Assembly (NCBI GenBank): GCA_047495785.1
Contig: JBLDXI010000055.1
Span: 434,001-498,000 of the forward strand
Source: Lepidodermella squamata
Taxonomy: Eukaryota; Animalia; Gastrotricha
Direction of reading: 5' to 3'
DNA: 64,000 bases
Positions 1 through 9,189 of this stretch are shown here, in pieces; position 1 is the stretch's first letter, and each line of letters starts with the position of its first letter. Under the pieces are notes generated by a model, which searched no databases, was not told where the DNA came from, and was given only the letters and a program-made list of their open reading frames with translations. The position numbers and the translations under genes were made by a program.

Positions 1-7
1 GAGACTT

Positions 8-510
8 TCAGGATTTCTTTGGGGGGTGTTTAATATTAATTTTCTTCAACTGCCTTTTCATGCAGTCTGAGTAGCGCAGTTTGGGACGGCCCTGGGGTCT
101 TTGCCACGAATCGTCTGGGGGGTCCCAATACCTAACCTGTTTCAATAGCGATTCCGAGTCTCTGCGCTCTACGTGTCCGTACCATCTTAATTGATTCCTA
201 GCGACCTTTGTTGATAATTTTTGCGTATTACATTTTTTACTAATTGTTTCATTTCGGACCCTATCAGCCAGCCTAATTCCAGTAATGTTCCTGAGCCATT
301 TCATCTGGCAGACATCTAGCCTTCTTTCTTCTTCACGAGTCATTGCCCATCCTTCGGACCCGAACATCACGGTTGGTACGATCACGCCGTCTAGGCATTT
401 CATTTTGGCCTCGATTTTTAAGCTCGTATTGCTGAAAATATATTTTTTCATAGCTCCGAATTATTTATTAGCCTTTTCTATTCGATTTCTAATATCAGCA
501 TTGCAACTAC
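8..510 (-). mobile_element. Decayed non-LTR retrotransposon (RTE-like LINE), region C-terminal to the RT core
   Basis: Translation GSCNADIRNRIEKANK*FGAMKK...FGSEGW...LDVCQMKWLRNITGI...QLRWYGHVER...RPQGRPKLRY matches the typical RTE/BovB-like C-terminus (DIxxRI, YGxExW, LRWxGHVxR, RPxGRP). There is an in-frame stop just upstream of the listed ORF, and the element is 5'-truncated at about 510. Confidence 0.85.
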
Positions 511-972
511 CAAGCTCAAACTTCAATAAAAAAAACGAACCGGAATTGAACAAGCTTCAGCCGGAGCTCCAGTCTTGCAGGTTATAACGGTACATTCCAG
601 CTTGATCAAGTCACCGCGAGAAAGGAACCCAAAAACAGGGAACGAAAAGATATAGGCGTCATTCGAGTTGTTGACATAGCGTTGAGTTGAGACGTGTTCA
701 CTTGGTTGCGGGAGGTCGTTCCTTCGAACGATCGGGGGCCTGGTAACTAGCTCAGGTTCATTCACGCCGAAATCGCAGGCGTCTTTCTAATGAAATGAAT
801 CAAGATTCTCTTGAAGGAAACTTAAGAAAATTAACAAAAGAACGAACCGGAATTGAGCAAGCTTCAGCCGGAGCTCCAGTCTTGCAGGTTGTAAAACGGT
901 ACATTCCAGCTTGATCAAGTCACCGCGAGATAGGAACCCAAAAACAGGGAACGAAAAGACATAGTCGTCATT
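511..972 (-). pseudogene. Two tandem partial copies of the ZP gene at 5182-6659
   Basis: 511-681 is near-identical to 5681-5851, about 688-803 to 5558-5673, and about 836-972 to 5700-5833. Intron sequence is retained. The second copy has a +2 frameshift (gttgtaaaacggtac vs gttgtaacagtac). Confidence 0.9.
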
Positions 973-1257
973 TGTGCTGCGAACATCGGGACCCGCAATG
1001 ATCGCCACGAAATCATCCAACGTTAGGCCGAGAATGCTTTTCACAAGTTATGATCTATGATAGTCCCATCGCGGTAATCGCGGCTAACCGATTGAAATGC
1101 AGAAACAGTTTTATTGCCGGCTATAGTGATGGTATATTAACGCAAGCTTATCAATCGAATTCGAATTCACATTCTATGCTCGCAAAGCGAAGTAAAATGT
1201 AAAACTGGTTACTGTATTTTCATGCGGCCAGCTCTGAACTTGGGAGAACTTTCTTCA

Positions 1258-1527
1258 CTAACAGGTTGTATCCTTGGAATAACAGTTGCCATACACGTCG
1301 ATGCCAAACATTTTCAGGCAGCACTTTATGTTTTCGAAAGTTATAACCCAATAAAATGAATAAGTCGTTCATTTTACCCTCTGTTTCGTGCTGCAGCAAG
1401 TAGTAGTTATTTTGCCGTTGATGACTGAGCTGCATGGTGTATAGAGTTGAGGGCATGCACCCTCAACAGCTGCCGGCATCAGCGCGATCATGGCAATGGC
1501 AACGAAAAGATAAATCGAGGAATGCAT
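1258..1527 (-). CDS. Small secreted cysteine-rich peptide, 71 aa, 2 exons (1527-1378, 1323-1258)
   Basis: Spliced over a 54-nt GT-AG intron (1377-1324) it reads MHSSIYLFVAIAMIALMPAAVEG-ACPQLYTPCSSVINGKITTTCCSTKQR|CCLKMFGIDVYGNCYSKDTTC*. It has a hydrophobic signal peptide, 8 Cys, a TATTTAA-like box near 1591-1597 and AATAAA at 1110-1115 on the minus strand. Confidence 0.8.
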
Positions 1528-2204
1528 AGCTAGCAGGAAGTTTTGCTTTAATTATCGTTTAAAAATACCGAATTATTAGATTGGCAGGACTTAAATAGAG
1601 TCAGCCATTCCGCTTCCGGAGAAGAACTAGGCCTTAGAATTCCTGGAAAATTGTGGGAATTGGTAGATAACTCGCACGCCTTTTCACAATTGAGAGCGAT
1701 TAACCATGTGAATTGCGCATATCGGAGTTGTTACCAGGAAAAAATATCTGAGAAATTGGATGTTATCAGCAGAGGTAGATTTTTAAGTTCGTTCGGTTTC
1801 TATATCGGGAGCTTGAGAAAGTCGTCGTGACGTCGACATTACAAGCTCGCGAAAACAACTCACGTTTTACTGAAATGCCTAATGCCTTTCACCTACTCAG
1901 GAAATAGCCCCGCGTGGAACATAATATATGGAACGTGAAGATTAAAACCAATGAAATAGTAGAGTATCAAACCCTGACTTATTATGCCAGGAAGTCACTG
2001 TCAGTTCCTGACATCCATGTCTCCATTACTAAAATACAACATCATCGCCTTATGTGTGACTGATAGGCCTAAAAATCGCGATGGCAGTTAATATTTTTTG
2101 CCGTTTGCTTTGAATATCAGATCCAAGTTTTTCCACAGATTTAGCTAGCAATAAGATTGTTAATTATTCAAGTTAGAATTTGCAAAATACGCTCAAGCCA
2201 TAAG

Positions 2205-4679
2205 ATGAGAATACAGTTTACAATAGCTGTAATTTTCGCTTTTGCTACTCTTAAATACGTGAGATGCTTTAAGAAGCAAAAGCTCTCAATTTTGGCATTG
2301 GTTCCCTTCTCCGGGAAAGAACCAGCTAATGGCAAGGCTTGCGCCGCTGGCATGCAAATTGCGGTTGATCAAGTGAATGCCAACCCTCATTTTCTGGTGG
2401 ATTATAAGGTTGAAGCAAATATTACGGACGAAGGTCGAAATGCGATTCGGTCGACTCCTTCCCTGGTTCAATTTCTGGATCCTATCATAAGAAACATTTC
2501 ACTGAATTCGGATGATGGGAATAACACTGTTTACCCCTCCCCAGTTATGGTCGGTCCGAGTGTAACTTGCCACTTCATGAACGGAGTGGGGAAAGAATTC
2601 CGAATGACCATATTCACACAGTTCTGCGCCGGGCCATATTCTGTAAATCGCAAAATTCAACCTAATCTTTTCCGGATTCAAATACCCGGCGAGTACTGCA
2701 TTGTGCCTATTCTACTTCTCATGAAAACAATCGGAAATTGGCGACAAATGGCTATTTTCACCTATTCCCTTAATAATAATGAGTATTTGGCAGCTAGAAT
2801 CCTACATGCTAGAGCTGCAGAGAATGGCATCGATGTTCTCTATTATCACAACGAGGATGATTTGACGCTGAGCAACGTTCTAGATGCAAAAGCTACAGGT
2901 GCTCGTGTTTTTGCTCTCATTTTTCTTCAAGTGTCCATGTGCGCTCAGTTTCTTTGCAATTCTTACCTTGCTGGGATGCGAGCCCCTCAATACGTATTTA
3001 TAGCTCAAATTTTCTGCTACTTCTCGGCCGAGAGTCCGCTCTTAAAGCTCCCTACTGGCTGCACGAGAGAAATGATTTACGAGCAAATGAAAATCACATT
3101 CTGGTCTGGCATCATGCCAACAAACACAAGGTTAACAGTGCAACCGACTACAACGTTCGGTTATAATTTGGATTGGTTCGAGAGCGAAATTCAGCGGAGA
3201 CTGAAAGACAAAGCCCCCACCGACTACGACCAACGCCATTTGTGCCATGATGCCATGTCGGCGGCGTTGGTAACGCTAGACAAAGGGGAGCGTATCCTGA
3301 ATGAGCGATACAACTCGACTTTGAAAGACTTCAATACGAAACCCCGAGTAATCGCAGCTGCCATTAATGAAAGCGCATCTACCTTAGATTTTATTGGGCT
3401 AAGGTTCGGTCGGATTAAATACTCAAACCTATTCGAAATTTCCGAGGAAGACATGTGGATAATGCAAGAGATCGAGGGCAAAACAAAGCTGTTGTACCGA
3501 GTCCACTGGCGGCATTTACCAGATGCTAATGCTATGTATAACCTTAGCAACTACAATCTGACCCTACTGGAACATCCAATATGGCAAACTCGTTATGGGA
3601 AACCTCCGCGAGATCTTTCAGCAGTCATCCACGAATACGTGGAATTCTCATCTGTTGCTTTTTACTTGATCATAACGTTAACCCTAATCATAGGCTGTCT
3701 AAATATTGGAGTTTTAGGTTTTTACCTGTTCTTCAACGTCGATAGGGAATCGCTGAAATTTCGCAGCGAAAGGAAAGGAAGCGCATCGTTAGTTTTTATT
3801 GGATGCTTCTTAATGACAGTAGGAGCCGCGATTTTGGTCGTTGGCGCCTATCCTAGCCCTTCAGACAGGAACTACTGCATTCTGCGGCCTGTTTTGCCAA
3901 TTTTCGGGACAACTTTGATCGCTTCCGTGGTGTTCATCAGACTGAGAATTTTATCGCAATATCTGAGGAAATATCGCAATCGCGCTCCAATGAACACGAA
4001 TAAATCTGGCACCCAAACAAAAATACCAGCATCTGTTCCAGGAAGCTCATCCCTAGTTCCGAGTCCAGCTACAGAACCAGACTGGCCATCGATAGAGAGA
4101 AGAACTATCAGACTTAGCCTACTGACCAACGTAATTGTAGCTACTCTAGTTGTTGGGTGGTTGCGCGGTCTTCATGCCGACTTTTTCGTCGCTGAAGTCG
4201 CATCACCTGTTTCATTCAACGAAGTCGAGGATTCTTTTTACGACCTGATAAATGTCTATTGCGATTCGTCTAACCTCATCGCATGGTTAAGCACTTTTCT
4301 GACTATACACGCAATAATGATTCTGATTGGATGTGGTTTCGTTTATGGGATGGGAAAGCCGAATATTGGTAAAAATCTCGCTTCGGAGGTAAAAGTTTTT
4401 CGGCACAACCTGTTGAATATCGCAACGATCTACCTGGCAGTTATTCTTGTTTCATTGATCTATTCTGACAACCAAAATATTCAAATTACCGTAATATCCA
4501 TTGGCATGCTCATTCATTCTGGATCAACGTCGATTATTTGGTCTTATCCCTTATGGGGCATAAAATTGGTTACGCGGCAGATGCCAATAGCTAATTCTAG
4601 CATTATGTTGAGCTCACCTCGAACAAAGCCCGCGGCGTCAGCAATTAGAAGCATTTCCGTTAAAGCCTTTATGACATGA
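2205..4679 (+). CDS. Class C GPCR, GABA-B-like architecture (Venus flytrap domain + 7TM, no cysteine-rich domain), single exon
   Basis: Signal peptide MRIQFTIAVIFAFATL; periplasmic-binding/ANF-like start (LALVPFSG...AGMQIAVDQVNANPHFLVDY); W..G.PP.D stalk (WQTRYGKPPRD); seven hydrophobic segments with Cys at the top of TM3 and in ECL2. Confidence 0.85.
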   Translation: MRIQFTIAVIFAFATLKYVRCFKKQKLSILALVPFSGKEPANGKACAAGMQIAVDQVNANPHFLVDYKVEANITDEGRNAIRSTPSLVQFLDPIIRNISLNSDDGNNTVYPSPVMVGPSVTCHFMNGVGKEFRMTIFTQFCAGPYSVNRKIQPNLFRIQIPGEYCIVPILLLMKTIGNWRQMAIFTYSLNNNEYLAARILHARAAENGIDVLYYHNEDDLTLSNVLDAKATGARVFALIFLQVSMCAQFLCNSYLAGMRAPQYVFIAQIFCYFSAESPLLKLPTGCTREMIYEQMKITFWSGIMPTNTRLTVQPTTTFGYNLDWFESEIQRRLKDKAPTDYDQRHLCHDAMSAALVTLDKGERILNERYNSTLKDFNTKPRVIAAAINESASTLDFIGLRFGRIKYSNLFEISEEDMWIMQEIEGKTKLLYRVHWRHLPDANAMYNLSNYNLTLLEHPIWQTRYGKPPRDLSAVIHEYVEFSSVAFYLIITLTLIIGCLNIGVLGFYLFFNVDRESLKFRSERKGSASLVFIGCFLMTVGAAILVVGAYPSPSDRNYCILRPVLPIFGTTLIASVVFIRLRILSQYLRKYRNRAPMNTNKSGTQTKIPASVPGSSSLVPSPATEPDWPSIERRTIRLSLLTNVIVATLVVGWLRGLHADFFVAEVASPVSFNEVEDSFYDLINVYCDSSNLIAWLSTFLTIHAIMILIGCGFVYGMGKPNIGKNLASEVKVFRHNLLNIATIYLAVILVSLIYSDNQNIQITVISIGMLIHSGSTSIIWSYPLWGIKLVTRQMPIANSSIMLSSPRTKPAASAIRSISVKAFMT

Positions 4680-5181
4680 CATCATTATTATCATCATCAT
4701 CATTATCCGATGCGCTTGTATGCACCTTTTCGAGATCAGCGTAGCAGTAAACAAACGTCTGAGCCAAGGATGGAAGGCGCTCCGCGACAGACATGTTGCC
4801 ATTGTTGTTGCCATTGTTGCCATTATTGGCTTATATTACACTTTGAAAGCCTTGAGGCTATGTCGTGAAATTTGAGATGGTTCGAAATATCAACAAAGCT
4901 GTAGTACACCTTTAACCTAAATAAACCCTATATCTTGCATTTCCAAGACGAATACCAAGACGAAAACCAATGCGTGTAGGGGGCGTCGTTCAATTCTATT
5001 TCATGTTATTCAGGTTTCTACAAAATTGATCCCTTCCAAGCTGAAGTCAATTATTACCAAAATAAGTTGGAATAAGTTTTCTTACAGCATATCATTTTAT
5101 TCCAGAAAAGCATAACTTGTGTTCAGATCTCTTCACGCAAAAATCAATGACTGATTGACGTTTTGCTGTTTCTTATCAAGT

Positions 5182-6659
5182 TCAGTTGGCAACAGTTGAT
5201 TGGACGCTTTTCTTGTTTCGGCGTTTCTTCACCAACCGGCGCCCAGGCTTTGTTACAGCACTCGAATTATGTTCTTGTTCAAGCTTGAAGCTGAGCTTTC
5301 CAACGGTAGTAGTTGGAGCTTCGGTTTTAGTTGTAGTAGTTGGAGCTTCAGTTGTAGTTGTAGTAGTTGCCTCAGATGTTGTAGTTTCAGTCGTCTCTGT
5401 TGTATCGCCTGTTTCATCAAGTATATCGTACAGTTCGAAGCTTCCAGAATCGTTGTGTTCAGCTTTTTCAGTATCGTTGCTATCTCGCTTATGGGAGTTT
5501 TCTTTTGGCGACGAAGGTGCCTCGATAGAAAAGCTAGCCTTAGCTGTTGACAAATGCGAGACGTGTTCACTTGGCTGCGGGAGGTCGCTCCTTCGAACAA
5601 TCGGCGGCCTGGTAACTAGCTCCGGTTCATTCACGCCGAAATCGCAGGCGTCTTTCTAATGAAATGAATCAAGTTGTCATCAAGCTCAAAGTTCAATAAA
5701 AAGAACGAACCGGAATTGAGCAAGCTTCAGCCGGAGCTCCAGTCTTGCAGGTTGTAACAGTACATTCCAGCTTGATCAAGTCACCGCGAGAAAGGAACCC
5801 AAAAACAGGGAACGAAAAGATATAGGCGTCATTCGAGTTGTTGACATAGCGGTAGTCTTTCAGGCCCCAGCAGTGAGTTGGCGTTTGGCGTAACATTGGC
5901 AACACTTGAGCCGGGTCCGTCTCGGCATAGGCGTAGCATTTCACCGGCGAGATGAAGGTCTGCAACTCGCCGAGAGCTTCTCGCGACAACACTCCATACA
6001 GCGTTGTATTCAGCTTCAACTTCTTGGTAACATCCACAGGTTGCGAAAGTTCGCTGTCAGTGAATAGCCTGAATTTGATGTCATTTTGAGTCTCGCCTCT
6101 CAAGCCGTAATTTACATCCCTGAAAATCAAAAATTTCAACGGATTTAAAGTCCGGTTTTAGGAAAACTAACGTCATGAAGGGCTGGAATGATGCGGATGA
6201 CACTTCCATCTTCAGGGGGTAAGCACATCTGAAACCAGCTTGTTGATGGTTGTGAAACAGCATCGAGCCTGCAGCAGGCGGAGTGGCCGGGTCGTAATTC
6301 GCCACCGTGTTCGAAATGATCCAATGAGTTTCGTTCGATTGAATCACCGTTCCGCACTGCCCAGGCCCAACCTCGAAAATGATCTGATTATCAGTAGTTA
6401 TATTGGCTTTACATTCGCGATTAAGTAAGGCGTATAAATCGACAGGTGCCTTCAATTGCTGGCGATCAATTTCGATACGAATTTGGTTGCCGAGGCAGAC
6501 AACAATTCCGAATTGTGCCGCGACGGTGTACAAGTCGGCCGATTTTTGTTCGGGTGGTGGGGTTTTTTTGAACTCACTGCTGTCCGCCCTATCATCATCT
6601 TGCCCAGATACACCATGGGCTAACAGCAGGGTACAGAGAAGATACAACGAACTAAACAT
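5182..6659 (-). CDS. Secreted zona pellucida (ZP) domain protein with Thr-rich and basic tail, 3 exons
   Basis: Introns at 6171-6120 and 5710-5656 (GT-AG, frame-preserving). Signal peptide; four ZP-N Cys (VVCLG, ECKA, QCGT, FRCAY); ZP-C motifs (KCYA, FSFPVFGF, LECTVTTC); dibasic RR/KR sites; TTTTEAP repeats; no TM helix. Confidence 0.85.
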
Positions 6660-7030
6660 GAACTATCAAGTGAAATAAATTGCGAAAAAATGGGAATAAC
6701 AAGATGTGAATGTCTCAGACAGGGATTCTAAATCGTTTTACTGACTCATTAGATTTTACGCCGTCGCCATGTTTCGCAGAGTCTGCCGAGGCGAAATTAT
6801 TCCATTCGGCAGTTGTTAAAAGCCGATTTACTGCTGCCTCCAGACATAAGTCACTTCAGGCCCCAGAACTGCAGTGACCCACAACACCTGGTGCGGATGG
6901 GTAATAAAACGTTAAGCTGATGCAAATTCGACGCCTTTATCATCAAATCTGGGTAATAAATTGTTCAGGGAAAAAATCATAAGTTGAAACACATCATTTT
7001 TATTCTTGAGAGTTTTAAATTTACTAAAAA
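6660..7030. promoter_or_regulatory. Probable bidirectional promoter between the divergent ZP genes
   Basis: 371 bp separate the two ATGs. TGGGTAATAAA occurs twice (6898-6908, 6950-6960) and TGACTCA is at 6742-6748. Confidence 0.5.
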
Positions 7031-8486
7031 ATGTTTTGGGGCTCAGCCCACATTTTGGCCGTGTTTGGGACGTTGGTTCTCGCTGATCCACGGTTGGTTA
7101 TCGCTGGAGGTATAACATTTTCAAATTCGAATAAACTCTTACCATTAAGACTTTCCAGAGTTCAATTCTAAAAACTTTGAGGGTGCTTCCGGATCATGCA
7201 CCTCGACCGGCATTTATGTCGCACTCAACACTACTCAGTAAATTTGATGTTTCATTCCTACCTATATTGCTGATTAATTTTGTAACAGTCTTCGATACAA
7301 TCCCGATGAGCTGGTGCTGAAAGTCTTGGGACTCGAAGAAGCTGATTCAATCAACGCGAAAATTCAAAGTGGCCAAATGCCGGCGTGTTCACCGAAGATT
7401 AACCCGGAGACAAAACTTGCCGTATTCAATTTTACCTTCGCTGAATGTCCCACTCTTGCTGTTGATGATGCTAACACCTCGAGTTTGGTCTACGGGTATT
7501 TTTTCTCAAAAATAAATACGATTTTCTTGAAAATGTTTCTTAAACTCCAAGCTACGAAATTCAGGCCGTTGTCAACCGAAGAGATAGGAATAAGGACGAT
7601 GTGACTGCTATCTACAGGGAGAATCGCGAGTTTCTATCTCTGAAATGCCAAGTCGATGCAAATGCTGTTGCTATCGGGGACTTTCTTGCTGATTTAGCGT
7701 AAGATCAAATAATTTAGGCAATTATTTCATGTAAATTATCGCATTTTTCAGGAGCATCAAGGTGGAGATTGAGAATACAACAACTCTGACCGTTGCGACT
7801 CGTCTTTTTCGTGACTCGACGATGAACGAAAGCCTTAAAGACAACGTGGCGTTGAGTGAGTGGATATACGCTACTGTTGGCTTCGATGGGCACGCTCCAA
7901 ATTTGTATCTAACGCCACAAGAATGCCGCGCTCAGTCTGGTGAACAATACGTTCACTACCTTATCCGGGATGGGTAATTAAACCATTCAGTATTTAATTC
8001 ATAGCGTTGCCCTAGCTTTAGTATTATAGGATATTAGCTCATTTCCTTCTTCAATGTTATTGCTTGTTTTCCGCTCTTAGATGTCCGGTTGATCCTAAGA
8101 CGCAGATCCTATCAAAGGCGACAGAGGAAGGCGGATTCAGCAAATACTATTTCAGATTCGAGGCTTTTGATTTCTCAGCTAACGCCGGGGCGCCCATCAA
8201 CGTCACATGTTCAACGGCGAGTTTCAGCGAAAAAGATAAGGCGACGGCTGCGCTCAAGGTCAGCGACTTTAATTTTCAAAAATTCCATGTTTTCAATCAT
8301 TTTTTACGAACAGAAATGCCCGGAGGCCAGCTCTTACTTCGATGACACTGACCCAATCAACAGACATAGGAAAAGAGTAATTTTGCGACCCAAATCATTT
8401 GAAATATTTCAAACAAATTTTTTATACAGGAACCATTAGCTGATAGCGACTACTTTGACGGCATCGTGAGCAGGATGGATGAATGA
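7031..8486 (+). CDS. Second secreted ZP domain protein, 8 exons
   Basis: Seven GT-AG introns give one open frame: MFWGSAHILAVFGTLVLADP...GSCTSTGIYV...PACSP...FTFAECPT...LKCQV...RLFRD...QECRA...LIRDGCPVDP...FRFEAFDF...VTCST...RHRKR (furin site) EPLADSDYFDGIVSRMDE*. Confidence 0.85.
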
Positions 8487-9189
8487 TTCACTCTTTTTTG
8501 TCCGAAATAGTGCTAATAATTAGTTGAAAGGCCTATATATGGCGTTTTACATCAAAAACCCCGATTTTTCTCGAGATTAGCTGAGTTGATAAGCTTGAAA
8601 TTGCAGGATTGTACCTTCGGAAAGCGTCTGCAATTTTCGGTATACTTTTCTGCATTTATGAAACTCGGCCATATCTTGAGCAATAAATCGATTGTTTGAA
8701 TAAACGCTATAATTGCTTATCATTCGAAAGCAAATAATATCCACGTGAAATGGTGCGTTCAAATGGGAAGGTTCGCCAGGTACAATTAAGTTGGTCATCC
8801 TCGAAATCCTCGATGCCGACTCTACCTAGAGATCAACTTTAGGTTTCATGGGATTCCAAAAATTTGGGTGAAAATTGACATTACATGGGGCATTTTGGCC
8901 ATGTATTATCAAGAATAAATGATTATCAACTTTACATACGACATATACAAAATAATCGAAATAAAAACGACATGAAACATAGCAATAAGCGCACTATACA
9001 AGAACTACATCTATTTCAATCATCGATAATCTAAGAATGATAGGAACAGGTACGTTAAGGATTAGTTGTTGTAGTGACATCAACCGACTTGGTACATCAT
9101 AATTAAGACGAGAATTTTCACCTAAGATCTCGTTAGAAAATCCAACCTTTCTGATTCCTGTTGACAGTCGAAGATTTGAGATCAGATCG

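Noticed and set aside
2157-2204. N-terminal extension of the 840-aa GPCR ORF
   Set aside because: It starts at TTG. The ATG at 2205 gives a proper signal peptide.
8540-8900. Possible non-autonomous DNA transposon remnant (similar texture at about 18880-19310, 25300-25470 and 29460-29580)
   Set aside because: No termini, target-site duplications or second copy could be demonstrated within the window.
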